DNA from: Phycisphaeraceae bacterium
GTDB taxonomy: Bacteria > Planctomycetota > Phycisphaerae > Phycisphaerales > Phycisphaeraceae
Assembly (NCBI GenBank): GCA_963674705.1
Contig: OY771506.1
Coordinates: forward strand, 3,008,001-3,072,000
DNA: 64,000 nucleotides
Reading direction: 5' to 3'
Under the pieces are notes generated by a model that searched no databases, was not told where the DNA came from, and saw only the letters and a program-made list of their open reading frames with translations. Shown here in pieces: positions 28,843 through 38,692 of the stretch; position 1 is the first letter of the stretch; each line of letters opens with the position of its first letter. Made by a program: the position numbers and the translations under genes.

Positions 28843-30723
28843 ATGGCTAATTCACGTAACGGACTAGGACTGGCCCTGCTTGGAGCACTTCTCATTGGCC
28901 TGTTGATCGGCCCGGCATTCGCCCAGGCGGTCGAAGATGCCAAAGAGACAACTGAAGCTGTCGAAACGACGGCTGATGCTGCCGAAACGACGGCGGATCA
29001 GGAAGTCGCGATGACGCCGGTCGTCGGCTGGCTGACGCTTACCGAGTCGCTGCGCGACGGTCCTGTGCCATATGCCTGGATCACCACGGAAGAAGCCGGG
29101 CCGTCCCTGGGGAATGTCCTGAATCAACTGGATTACGTCGCGGAGAACAAGGAGTATCTCGGCGTCGTGATCTATATGGATCAGCCGGCGCTTCGGCTTT
29201 CACAAGTGCTGGCGCTGTCGGACAAGATCGCGGAGGTGCGTGCGGCCGGGAAAATGGTCATGACGTATGCCGAAGCGTACGACATGATGGACTACATGCT
29301 CGCCAGCAGCGCGGACATGGTGCTTTTGCAGCACAAGGGCGAGGTCCAGCTCAACGGTCTTGCGGTTGAGGAGATGTACCTGGCGGGCCTGCTTGAGAAG
29401 ATCGGCGCCAAGGCGGACATGGTGCAGATCGGCAAGTTTAAGGGCGCGGACGAGCAGCTTACACGTACCGGTCCCAGCGAAGCGTGGAGCCAGAACTTCG
29501 ATGCACTGTTGGATGACCTTTACGGGCAGATCGTCGGCCGGATCGCGCAGAACCGTGGCATGACTACCTCCGAAGTTGAGAAGCTCATCGAGGATAGCTG
29601 GACCATGACGGACACGGACTTTTTGCGTAACCGTGTCGTGGATCGTTTGACCGACCGTGATCTGATCGACGTGACCGAGGTGGAGTTCGGAGACAACTTC
29701 ATCTGGGACGACTCGATGGGCCTGGGTGGTGGGGCGGTGCAGATCAACAACCCGATGATGCTGTTCGGCTTGTTGTTCCAGGAGCAGAACCTGCGGACGT
29801 CCGGCCCGACGATCGCGGTGATTCATGCAACCGGTCCGATCCATTCCGGCAAGTCCTCACGCGGTGCGGGGATGTTCGATTCCGAGTCGATCGGCAGTAC
29901 AACGATGGTCGAGGCGCTGGGCCACGTGCGCGACGATGACAACATCAAGGGCGCGATCCTGCGGATCGACTCGCCGGGCGGTTCGGCGCTTGCCAGCGAG
30001 ATCATCTGGCAGGCGGTTCGCGACTTGGGCGAGACCAAACCCGTGTACGTCAGCGTGGGGTCGATGGCGGCCAGCGGCGGGTATTACATCGCCTGCGCCG
30101 GTGACGAGATATACATCAATCCGGGCTCGATCGTCGGCTCGATCGGCGTGGTCGGCGGGAAGATCGTGCTGGGCGGGCTGTATGAATGGGCGGGGATCAG
30201 CATCCACCGCCGGGCTCGCGGACCGATGGGCGATATGTTCAACAGTGTCGATCCATTTACAGACGAGCAGCGGGCGACGATCCGGCAATCGATGCAGTTG
30301 GTTTACGATCAATTCATTGACCGTGTCCAGATTGGCCGAGGCACGCGTTTGCCGAATGTCGGGAAGGTTGCGGAAGGGCGGCTGTTTACCGGTCGGCAGG
30401 CGGTGGAGAACGGCCTGGCGGACAAGCTCGGTGGCGTGGAAGTCGCGATGGCGGACATGGCGACGGAGCTTGGCCTGAAAGAAGGTGAATACGAAGTGCT
30501 TCACCTGCCGCCGGCGATGTCGTTGCAGTCGTTTATCAACAGTGTGTTCGGCGCCAGCGCGCCGCAGGTGCAATCAAGCGAAGCCCCGGCGATCCTGCTG
30601 ACTGTCAAGCAAGTCCTGGGCCCGCGTGCGTGGGAATCGGTGAGTACGACGATGCAGGGGCTTTTGCTTCTGCGGGATGAGTCGGTGCTGACATTGATGC
30701 CCAACGCGATTGTCATCAGGTAA
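28843..30723 (+). CDS. sppA: Signal peptide peptidase SppA (tandem S49 domains)
   Basis: IGKFKGA.E, LRIDSPGGSALAS, MAASGGYYIA, GSIGVV and GRLFTG.QA..NGL.D motifs. Confidence 0.93.
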   Translation: MANSRNGLGLALLGALLIGLLIGPAFAQAVEDAKETTEAVETTADAAETTADQEVAMTPVVGWLTLTESLRDGPVPYAWITTEEAGPSLGNVLNQLDYVAENKEYLGVVIYMDQPALRLSQVLALSDKIAEVRAAGKMVMTYAEAYDMMDYMLASSADMVLLQHKGEVQLNGLAVEEMYLAGLLEKIGAKADMVQIGKFKGADEQLTRTGPSEAWSQNFDALLDDLYGQIVGRIAQNRGMTTSEVEKLIEDSWTMTDTDFLRNRVVDRLTDRDLIDVTEVEFGDNFIWDDSMGLGGGAVQINNPMMLFGLLFQEQNLRTSGPTIAVIHATGPIHSGKSSRGAGMFDSESIGSTTMVEALGHVRDDDNIKGAILRIDSPGGSALASEIIWQAVRDLGETKPVYVSVGSMAASGGYYIACAGDEIYINPGSIVGSIGVVGGKIVLGGLYEWAGISIHRRARGPMGDMFNSVDPFTDEQRATIRQSMQLVYDQFIDRVQIGRGTRLPNVGKVAEGRLFTGRQAVENGLADKLGGVEVAMADMATELGLKEGEYEVLHLPPAMSLQSFINSVFGASAPQVQSSEAPAILLTVKQVLGPRAWESVSTTMQGLLLLRDESVLTLMPNAIVIR

Positions 30724-30725
30724 GG

Positions 30726-30830
30726 GATGTTCAATATTCGATGTTCAATGTTCAATCTGTTAAAAACAGATGGGATATCGAACGTCGAACGGTGCGATCA
30801 ACATTGAACATTACACATTGAACATTGAAC
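30726..30830. repeat. Inverted heptamer tracts (TGTTCAA)n ... (ATTGAAC)n
   Basis: Directly visible between sppA and ispD. Confidence 0.8.
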
Positions 30831-31682
30831 ATGAATCAACAGCTAAATATTTCCGTGATTCTTCCCGCAGCCGGGGCCGGTTCGCGGTTTACGCGTGGCC
30901 AGGCCGGGATGGGGCCGAGCAAGGTCGAAATGGTGCTGGCGAACAAGCCGGTGTTTCTGCACGCGGTGGACCTGTTCGTGAAGCGCAGTGATGTGGGGCG
31001 GGTGATCGTCGCGGTGTCGCCGCAGCAGTTGGATGATTTTCGATTTCGGTGGGGGGATAAGCTGGGTTTCCTTGGCGTGAAGGTAGTGGCCGGCGGTGAG
31101 AAGGAACGCTGGGAAACGGTAGCGAACGCTCTTGAAGCGGTGGACGACGATGCGACGCACATCGCGGTCCACGATGCAGCCAGGCCTTTAGCGAGCGATA
31201 AACTGATTGACCGTGTGTTTGAAGCGGCGGCGAAGTACCCCGCGGTGATCCCGGGGTGCGATGTCGGCGCGACACTCAAACGGGCGGCCGAAGACGATGC
31301 GGCCGGCGATGAAGTTGATCCGCTGGATGCGATCCTTGGATCGCCTGTTGACAGTGGGGCGGCGGTGCGGAAGGTTGTTGAGACGGTGGATCGGCGCGGC
31401 CTGGTCGCCGTGCAGACGCCGCAGGTTTTTGAAGCAGGACTCTTGCGGCGGGCGTATCAGCAGATCGCCGATGGGAAGCTGAATCCGGATGGGATCACGG
31501 ATGATGCACAGTTGATCGAAGCGCTCGGCGAGACGGTGCGTATCGTTGAAGGCGAATCGACGAACATAAAAATCACGTACCCGGAGGATGCGGAGTTAGC
31601 TGAAGCATTACTTGGCAAACGTGGCGAATCCCAGGCCGCGGAGCTTGCCAAGAAGCGATTGTTTGGGGATGAAGACGATTAA
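30831..31682 (+). CDS. ispD: 2-C-methyl-D-erythritol 4-phosphate cytidylyltransferase
   Basis: PAAGAGSRF, GG.ER, VHDAARP, QTPQVF, TDDA and NIKITYPED motifs. Confidence 0.9.
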   Translation: MNQQLNISVILPAAGAGSRFTRGQAGMGPSKVEMVLANKPVFLHAVDLFVKRSDVGRVIVAVSPQQLDDFRFRWGDKLGFLGVKVVAGGEKERWETVANALEAVDDDATHIAVHDAARPLASDKLIDRVFEAAAKYPAVIPGCDVGATLKRAAEDDAAGDEVDPLDAILGSPVDSGAAVRKVVETVDRRGLVAVQTPQVFEAGLLRRAYQQIADGKLNPDGITDDAQLIEALGETVRIVEGESTNIKITYPEDAELAEALLGKRGESQAAELAKKRLFGDEDD

Positions 31683-34321
31683 TCCGGGGCGTCTATTAGA
31701 AAGCGTTTGGCGGGAGAGTCGGGATCGATTTCCAGTGCGCGGCGGGCGGCGGCGTCTGCTTTGTCGGGTTCATCCATGCGCGTGTAGAGCGCCGCTAAGC
31801 GGAGCTGGTGCTGAGCACGATCGGGCTCGATGAGGCTTGCGGCGTAGACTTGTTGCAGAGCCTGCTCGTTGTTCTGCTTTTGCAGGGCGATGGTGGCGGC
31901 GAGTTCGCGATAGCCGGCTTGATAGGGTTCGCGATGCAGGGCACGTTCGATCGCGTTAAGCGCTTTGGTGTAGTCGCCTTGCCGGCGGTAGGCCTTGGCC
32001 AGTTCAAACGCCCATCGGCCTGAAGAATCTTCGATGTTGTCCAGGTATTCAAGTGAATCGAGGGCTTTGCCTGTGTCGCCTTCATCAAGTGCGATCTGGA
32101 CCAGTGCGCGGTGCGGCCAGGGATCGACCGGTCTGCTTTCGGCGTAGCGGATGACAGCGATGCGTGCGTTTTCAAGATCATCACCCTGCATCGCGCGTTC
32201 TGCGATCAGGCGCAGCAGGTCCGGATGGCCCGGGTGTTCGGCGGTCAGGTCGACCAATTCGGTATCGGTTACGCCGGTCGGGTCTTTGAGGACTTCGGCG
32301 AGGCGCTTGCTGGTCGGTTGTTGATCCAGGCCCCACTCGGCGACCTGTTGTGTTGCCCACTTCTTGAAGCCGGTCATGAATTCGTCGGTTGTTACGCCGG
32401 TCGCTTGCGTGAGCGCATCGATATTGGGGACGCCGTCGTGGTAGAGGGTCAGCATGTTGATGAGCGTCTGGTGGCCGAAAGTTGCGTCGATGTACTTGAC
32501 CATCCAGTCGGATTGTGCGTATGCCAGCGGGCGGTCGGTCGGCGACTTGGGGCGGATAAAGCCCCAGTTGATCTGATCGAGCGGGAAGAGTTTATCGTTC
32601 TGCAGAGCGCCGGCGAGCAGTTGGCAGGTATCGTAGCTGCGCGGCACGGTTTCGGAAGATACGGCACAGGCTTCGGTGAACCAGTGGGGTATGCGGTTGC
32701 GTGTCTGATCGAGCGTGACGGTGTGAACGAACTCGTGGCGGATGACGTTAGGCCAATCGTATCCGCCGGACTGTTTGCCGCCTTCACGCGGGGGCGTGAG
32801 GGCGATGCCGTCACCGGTTGCGGCGGCGATGGTCCAGATGTCAGGCAAGCCTGTGATGCGAACCGCGAAGTATTGCTCGTCCGGCATCAGGTCGATGCGC
32901 GTGATGCGTGCCGGTTCATGTGAGAATCTGCCGGTGATGTCGCGGTAGATCGTTTCGAGTTGCTCGGGCATGTCACGGGCGAGGGCTTCGTCGATGCCGG
33001 GCTTGTAGCGGATGACGAAGTGGTCGGTCTCGATGCGGTCGTAGGTAAGCAATTCCTTGAGCATGGCAAGCTGGTTGGCGGCACGCTTGTTGAACGGGTC
33101 CAGCCGTGTGGCGGCGGCGAGTTCTTCGAGGGCTTGCTCATCGTGCGATGCCTGCAGCAGCAGCAGACCCAATTCGATGCGTGGCGACGGCCAGTTCGGG
33201 GATTGCTCGACGGCTTTACGCAGCATCGCCTCGGCCCAGTCGTACTGGCGTGCGGCGGAGAGGTGCACGCCGACGGTATACGCTGCGAGCGGGTTGCCGG
33301 GCGAGACGGCGTCGAAGCGAGCGAGGGCTTTGTCGGTGGCTTGCTGGTCGTAGTTCAGCGCCTTAGCGGAAGCGTTGAGTGCGAGCAGTTCACGATGCTG
33401 CGGGAAGCGTGATAGGCCTGCGTCGATGATGGCCTGGGCGCTGGTGACGTCACGCTGCTGCAGCAGGCTGCGCGCCTCGATCAGGTCGGCGGCGGGGTGC
33501 GTTGGGTTGATCTCATGCAACCGGTCGATGACGGCAGATGCACGATCGAAGGCATAGCCTCGCACGGATAGCCTGCCAAGCCGGTCCCACGCTTCGCTGC
33601 AATTGGGATTCAGGCCGAGCGCTGCGGTGAGTGCATCGACGCCTTCGCGCGAGTTGTCTTTCTCGATCAGCAGGTCGGCCTCGGCGATGAGCGCGGGCCA
33701 GTAGGCGGGGTTCAGGTCCTGGCGTACTTTACCGAGCAGGTTGAGCGTGAGTTGGTAGTCCTGAGCGGGGCGGCCTTCCAATCGGGCGAGGGCTGCCAAA
33801 GCCTGTGCGGCGGCGGTGAGTTCGGCGGGGTCTTCTATGGAATCGCCTCGCAACTTGTCACGCCAGGGGCGGAGCGTTTGCACGGCCTGTGTGACCTGCC
33901 CGAGGTCTTCGTAGGCTTGAGCGCGCAGTAACGATGCCTGTGCCGAATCCTGGTCAGTCAGCAGATCGATCGCAGCGGCGGGTTCACCTCGCTCGATATT
34001 TGCCTTGGCTCGCAACAGCACATCGACTTCAGGATCATTGAAGATCGCGTTATCCCAGTCGGCTTTCTGCAGGGCGAGGCGGGCACGCTGATTGGTGGTA
34101 AGCTCGGTTTCGGCGGGCAGGAGTTCCCACTGGCCGAGGAAGATCTGCAGGTTGGTGCGGGCAGCAGCATCGTTGAGTTCATCATCGATCAGGGCGCGGA
34201 TCAGCGGGGAGGGTTCGATCTCGGGCAGCAGGTTCTGCTGGGCCTCATGCGGATAGGCTGGGGCGGCAGCGAAGAGCAGGGCCAGGAGCGTCAGGCAGGT
34301 CTTTAGCGATCGATTTATCAT
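31679..34321 (-). CDS. Secreted TPR-repeat protein with peptidase MA-like (HExxH) domain
   Basis: Signal peptide; many TPR-like repeats; VIRHEFVH...PHWFTEA. Confidence 0.85.
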   Translation of the reverse strand: MINRSLKTCLTLLALLFAAAPAYPHEAQQNLLPEIEPSPLIRALIDDELNDAAARTNLQIFLGQWELLPAETELTTNQRARLALQKADWDNAIFNDPEVDVLLRAKANIERGEPAAAIDLLTDQDSAQASLLRAQAYEDLGQVTQAVQTLRPWRDKLRGDSIEDPAELTAAAQALAALARLEGRPAQDYQLTLNLLGKVRQDLNPAYWPALIAEADLLIEKDNSREGVDALTAALGLNPNCSEAWDRLGRLSVRGYAFDRASAVIDRLHEINPTHPAADLIEARSLLQQRDVTSAQAIIDAGLSRFPQHRELLALNASAKALNYDQQATDKALARFDAVSPGNPLAAYTVGVHLSAARQYDWAEAMLRKAVEQSPNWPSPRIELGLLLLQASHDEQALEELAAATRLDPFNKRAANQLAMLKELLTYDRIETDHFVIRYKPGIDEALARDMPEQLETIYRDITGRFSHEPARITRIDLMPDEQYFAVRITGLPDIWTIAAATGDGIALTPPREGGKQSGGYDWPNVIRHEFVHTVTLDQTRNRIPHWFTEACAVSSETVPRSYDTCQLLAGALQNDKLFPLDQINWGFIRPKSPTDRPLAYAQSDWMVKYIDATFGHQTLINMLTLYHDGVPNIDALTQATGVTTDEFMTGFKKWATQQVAEWGLDQQPTSKRLAEVLKDPTGVTDTELVDLTAEHPGHPDLLRLIAERAMQGDDLENARIAVIRYAESRPVDPWPHRALVQIALDEGDTGKALDSLEYLDNIEDSSGRWAFELAKAYRRQGDYTKALNAIERALHREPYQAGYRELAATIALQKQNNEQALQQVYAASLIEPDRAQHQLRLAALYTRMDEPDKADAAARRALEIDPDSPAKRFLIDAPD

Positions 34322-34363
34322 GTGCTTTTCCGCTGGTTTCTAATTCAATGATCGGTTTATGTT

Positions 34364-35512
34364 ATGCAAGACATTCAACTGGACCTGGACGCGACCTTCC
34401 CGAACCTCCATGAGATGGTATTCCTGAATCATGCCGCAGTCTCGCCGATCAGCGGCCCGGCGGCTGAGGCGATCCGGGAATACTGCCGGCAGGCCACGAC
34501 GATGGCGTTCACGGATACCGGCTGGTACAGGCGTGCCATCGAGGTCAAGCGTGCGGCTGCGAAGCTATTGGGGGCCTCAGGCGGCCACGAGATCGCGTTT
34601 ATCCCTAATACGTCAACAGGCTTGTCTTTGGTAGCCAACGGCCTGGACTGGCGGCCTGGCGATAATGTGGTCATTACGAACGTGGAGTACCCCGCCAACC
34701 GCTATCCGTGGGAGAACCTTCAGCGATTAGGCGTTGAGCTGATCGAGGTGAAGCAGGCTCCAGACGGGCGGGTGTATGTGGACGATGTCTGCGATGCGAT
34801 CACGGACCGGACGCGTGTGGTGTCGATCTCGCACGTGCAGTATGCCTCGGGATACCGGATCGACCTGAAGCCGATCAGCGAGATGGTGCACCGGGTGGGG
34901 GGGTATCTGTGTGTTGATGTGATCCAGAGCCTGGGCGTGGTGCCGGTGGACGTGCAGGCGATGGGAATCGATTTTTGCGCAGCGGACAGTCACAAGTGGC
35001 TGCTGGGGCCTGAGGGTGCGGGGGTGTTTTACTGTAAAGAGGAGTTGTGCCCGTTATTGCGGCCTTCAATCGTTGGCTGGATGAACATGGTGGATGCTGA
35101 GAACTACAGCGATTATCGGTTCGAGTTTCAGCCCGATGCGAGGCGGTTTGAGCCGGGCAGTTGGAACATCGCGGGGATATGCGGGATGGGGGCGAGTATT
35201 GATTTGCTGCTGGAGGTAGGTGCGGACACGGTGTGGCAGCGGGTGCAGGCGTTAACGACGCATGCGTGTGAAGGATTGGCTAAGAAGGGTTATGAGCTAT
35301 TCACACCAAGGGATTATGAGCACGAGTGCAGCGGGATTGTGATCTTTAATGCACCGAAGCGTGCAGGCGGCCGGGATGCGCATGCGAAGATTGTGAACGA
35401 TCTGGATAAGCAGGGGATCAAGATCGCGCTGCGCGACGGCCGGATGCGTGTGAGCCCACATTTTTATAATTCGGTGGATCAGGTGGAGAGGTTTTTGGAG
35501 GCGCTGCCGTAA
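34364..35512 (+). CDS. Class V aminotransferase (cysteine desulfurase/selenocysteine lyase-like)
   Basis: FLNHAAVSP, VD.IQSLG, HKWLLGP.G.G and RVSPHFYN motifs. Confidence 0.92.
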   Translation: MQDIQLDLDATFPNLHEMVFLNHAAVSPISGPAAEAIREYCRQATTMAFTDTGWYRRAIEVKRAAAKLLGASGGHEIAFIPNTSTGLSLVANGLDWRPGDNVVITNVEYPANRYPWENLQRLGVELIEVKQAPDGRVYVDDVCDAITDRTRVVSISHVQYASGYRIDLKPISEMVHRVGGYLCVDVIQSLGVVPVDVQAMGIDFCAADSHKWLLGPEGAGVFYCKEELCPLLRPSIVGWMNMVDAENYSDYRFEFQPDARRFEPGSWNIAGICGMGASIDLLLEVGADTVWQRVQALTTHACEGLAKKGYELFTPRDYEHECSGIVIFNAPKRAGGRDAHAKIVNDLDKQGIKIALRDGRMRVSPHFYNSVDQVERFLEALP

Positions 35513-35538
35513 GTGGGGGGATGTGTGAGATACAAACA

Positions 35539-35567
35539 GAAGCCCACGTTCGTCGAACGTGGGCTTC
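35539..35567. terminator. Palindrome between convergent genes (bidirectional terminator or REP)
   Basis: GAAGCCCACGTTCG-T-CGAACGTGGGCTTC. Confidence 0.6.
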
Positions 35568-35587
35568 GGGGGGGCGATGAGTGTTCT

Positions 35588-36382
35588 TTATTCTTCCGGC
35601 GCGAGTCTGTTTTCGTCGAGTTGCCAGCCGGGTTCCTGGGGCAGGTTTGTATCGAACTTTTCTTCGAGCAGTTCTTCGTTGATTGCGATTTTTGTCAGCT
35701 TCACGATCGTCTGCGTCTGCGACTCGTCGATGCTCGAGACAAGCACGGGCAAAACCGTTTCCTTGTCGAACCAGAGGTCGATCTGCGTCAGGTCGGTCTC
35801 GTAATCTTCGTGGGGCGTGAGTTTCAGGTGGATGCTGTCTTGCGGATCGTCCTCGGCCGGGTCTAGCAGTTCAACGTCGAACTTCGCGAGCACCTTGTCT
35901 TTTTTCAGGTTCAGCGGGATCGGGAAAGGCCCTTCGCCAAGCTCCATCTGGGCCTGTGCTTCTTCATCCTCCGGCACGAGCTGGTAGCGCACAGCCGACT
36001 TGTTTTCTTCATCGCGCTTCAACAGCCAGTGCCCATCGTAGATGTAGTACAGGTTCGGACGGGACTGGAAGCCATCCACCATTTTCATATTGAAGTGGAT
36101 GATGAACTTGGGTGGCGGGCCTGCCTGGTAATGCAGCGTGCCGAAGCGGCGCTGTTCGTCGCCGAGCAATAGCTGATTGTTGTCGTAGCGCAGCGTGGCG
36201 GTGAGTGTTTCGATGTCGGCTGCCTTGTGCTCGACTTTTTCGAGCCAGTCGTGCGCGGGGTTGGTTGCCGCTTCAGCTTCGGCCTCTGCCGGCGCAGGCT
36301 GATCGGCCGGCGGTGCTTGCTCTTCGGCAGTACAAGCGGTCGTCAGGCAGGTCAGTAACAGTAAGGCCAATAGATATCGCAT
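35588..36382 (-). CDS. LolA-like outer-membrane lipoprotein carrier family protein
   Basis: Signal peptide; TLTATL..., YIYDG.W, HLKLTP and IDLWFDKET.LP pattern. Confidence 0.7.
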   Translation of the reverse strand: MRYLLALLLLTCLTTACTAEEQAPPADQPAPAEAEAEAATNPAHDWLEKVEHKAADIETLTATLRYDNNQLLLGDEQRRFGTLHYQAGPPPKFIIHFNMKMVDGFQSRPNLYYIYDGHWLLKRDEENKSAVRYQLVPEDEEAQAQMELGEGPFPIPLNLKKDKVLAKFDVELLDPAEDDPQDSIHLKLTPHEDYETDLTQIDLWFDKETVLPVLVSSIDESQTQTIVKLTKIAINEELLEEKFDTNLPQEPGWQLDENRLAPEE

Positions 36383-36450
36383 CAGCGTATTCTACTGCTG
36401 AACAGGCAACGGGGTTCTGAAAGGTTAGTCGCACAAAATGCTGAAAAGTT

Positions 36451-37218
36451 TCAGCAGGCCCGTGGCTCGGGGAATCGGTGGAAAATCGTGTGTGTCGGGT
36501 CTAGCGACTTGATGCGCTCGATCACCGCGTCACGCGCATCGCCAAGATGCCCGACGAACCAGCCGGCGAGGCACGGGTGGGCCGCGAGCCGGTCGACCTC
36601 ATCAGCGACTTCGATGCTCGGTTTACCCATCGCACTGATCGGCACGGACTGGATAAGCAGCACGCCCGCTCGGTCCGCCGCTTCGTAGAGCAGTTCCGGC
36701 CCGTAGTGGTCGCGGATCAGCAGCAGCGAATCGCCGGTCGCGGGCAAGAGGGTCTTTTCATTGACCTTGTCGACCATGACGATGGACTGGACCTGGAAGT
36801 GCTGGCCATTGACGAGGAAGACGGGATGGTTTTCGTCGTGTGACTCGCTGTCGCGCCGCACGCTGGTCAAACCGAGCGTGATGGTGCGTTGATCGAGGAT
36901 GCTGTCGCCGTCGATGAGCCGCAGCGTCAGCTCGTAGAGCGGCTGTTCGCCCATGCCGGCAGGCCACCAGCGTTGGGGGTGTATGACTTCGAAGCGGAGC
37001 GACCCTTCGCCGTTGTGCACGGGTATCCTGGCTTCGCCTTCATCAAGGAAGCCGTCGAAGCCTTGGATGGTGATGTGCACATCGGTTTCGCCGGTGAACC
37101 CGGCCGAGGCCCTCGGGATCGGACCGACCGCATGGAAGTGGGTTTCGATGACCGCCTGTTCTTCGTCGACGTAGCGGATCAGCGGCCGTACAGACTCGAG
37201 GCGCAAGTCACTGGACAT
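36451..37218 (-). CDS. Short GH2 (beta-mannosidase)-like protein
   Basis: PQRWWP.GMGEQPLYEL, GL..V, F.VNG, LYEAADRAG.L and HPCL..W motifs; much shorter than full GH2 enzymes. Confidence 0.7.
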   Translation of the reverse strand: MSSDLRLESVRPLIRYVDEEQAVIETHFHAVGPIPRASAGFTGETDVHITIQGFDGFLDEGEARIPVHNGEGSLRFEVIHPQRWWPAGMGEQPLYELTLRLIDGDSILDQRTITLGLTSVRRDSESHDENHPVFLVNGQHFQVQSIVMVDKVNEKTLLPATGDSLLLIRDHYGPELLYEAADRAGVLLIQSVPISAMGKPSIEVADEVDRLAAHPCLAGWFVGHLGDARDAVIERIKSLDPTHTIFHRFPEPRAC

Positions 37219-37416
37219 GGCACTACTCCAATCCGGGCGGAACAAGCCGAGCCGCCCTATTAACTGTATTATCGCACAAGCCAATAGAAAAGCGCCATGA
37301 AAAAACAGATTATGAACGCAATGAGAGGCTGGGTGGGTTAGGCGGATTACGCGGATTAGATTAGCCCATCGCGGCGGTCAGGTTTAATATCTATCGTCTT
37401 TTGAAGTAATTAACAC

Positions 37417-38535
37417 ATGATTCAAACCGTGGAGCGGAACAGCATGGTAAGCGTCCTGGGATTGAGTGTGCATGGGATCGGATTGATTTTGATGGTGTTA
37501 TTCGTGGCCGGCTTGATGGCCGCGGAGGTCAGCGGGGCATCGAACGCCGAGCCGAACGAGCGTGCGGACGAGATACGCCGGGGTATGCCGGTCCGCCCGG
37601 ACGGCAAGAGCCGAACGCAGGTGTTTTTAGAAGACATCGCGATAACGGTGCAGCCTGACCTTAAGGGATTGCCGGACAAACTGGATTTGTATGTCAAACA
37701 CTTCCGTACGGCGGCGCTGAACGATCAGCGGTTGATCCCGTTTGATGCTCATGCACAGTGGGACGCAGCGCGGGGTGTGGTGGTGTTGAACGGGCATGTT
37801 GAATTTCAAGAGCATCGCGACACGCTGGAAAAGTATCTGAACGTGTTAGGCTTTGAATCGATCGAGAACACGATTGCGTTGATGCCGACCAAAGCACTGG
37901 GCAATAAGCCGTTTGCGGTGGTGTCTGCAGATAGCGCCTTTTTGTTTGCTTCGCCGACTGAGAAAAGCGAGAAAGTGACCCAATCGCACAAGGGCGATGC
38001 GGTGTTCCTGCTCAAAGAAGCTTTTGACGGTTTCTATTATTGCCACGGTTGGGACGGCTACGTCGGGTACATCGAAGGCTCGAAGATAGAGCGCGTCGAT
38101 GCGGCCGGTTTGGCCAAGGCGATCCCCGCCCCGACACATCGCAAAACCGACCCGGCGATTGAAGCCGGTTCCAAGCTCAAGGGGACGCCTTATAAGTGGG
38201 GCGGTACGACCTCGGAAGGGATCGACTGCTCCGGGCTGACGCGCTACAGCTACCGGCATATCGGCGTTGTCCTGCCAAGGGATGCCGACCAGCAGGCGCT
38301 GACGGGCAAACTCACCGCGACACGCTACCACCGTGACAACATGGCACGCGGCGACCTGATGTTCTTCATCAACTCACGCGGCCGCATCAACCACACCGCC
38401 ATCTATCTCGGCGAGCATCTGTTCCTCGAATCCGGCGGCCCCGGTGTACGCATCGCCAGCCTCGATCCCAACTCACCCGACTACAACAAACAGCGCGACG
38501 AATCGTTTGTGTACGCCAAGCGTGTGCTTGAGTGA
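37417..38535 (+). CDS. NlpC/P60 cell-wall peptidase with BON-like and SH3-like domains
   Basis: GTPYKWGG....GIDCSG, LPRDADQQ, GDLMFF and HTAIY motifs; DGYVGYI SH3-like segment. Confidence 0.9.
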   Translation: MIQTVERNSMVSVLGLSVHGIGLILMVLFVAGLMAAEVSGASNAEPNERADEIRRGMPVRPDGKSRTQVFLEDIAITVQPDLKGLPDKLDLYVKHFRTAALNDQRLIPFDAHAQWDAARGVVVLNGHVEFQEHRDTLEKYLNVLGFESIENTIALMPTKALGNKPFAVVSADSAFLFASPTEKSEKVTQSHKGDAVFLLKEAFDGFYYCHGWDGYVGYIEGSKIERVDAAGLAKAIPAPTHRKTDPAIEAGSKLKGTPYKWGGTTSEGIDCSGLTRYSYRHIGVVLPRDADQQALTGKLTATRYHRDNMARGDLMFFINSRGRINHTAIYLGEHLFLESGGPGVRIASLDPNSPDYNKQRDESFVYAKRVLE

Positions 38536-38692
38536 GTGTGTTGATGCTTGAGCTCCGGCGTTGCTTTTCTGTGAAGATCACCAACATTTTCAGTCGGTAT
38601 CCATTTATCTCTTTAATTACAGGAATTCTTCTGTAGAATGATGTTGTAGCAATTGACCCGGCAGGCGCCGGGCCTTGTGCTACGCAACTATC

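Noticed and set aside
28273..28943. Small ORFs in the PEP-CTERM/sppA divergent gap
   Set aside because: AT-rich promoter-like region; the ORFs lack an RBS, motifs or host codon bias.
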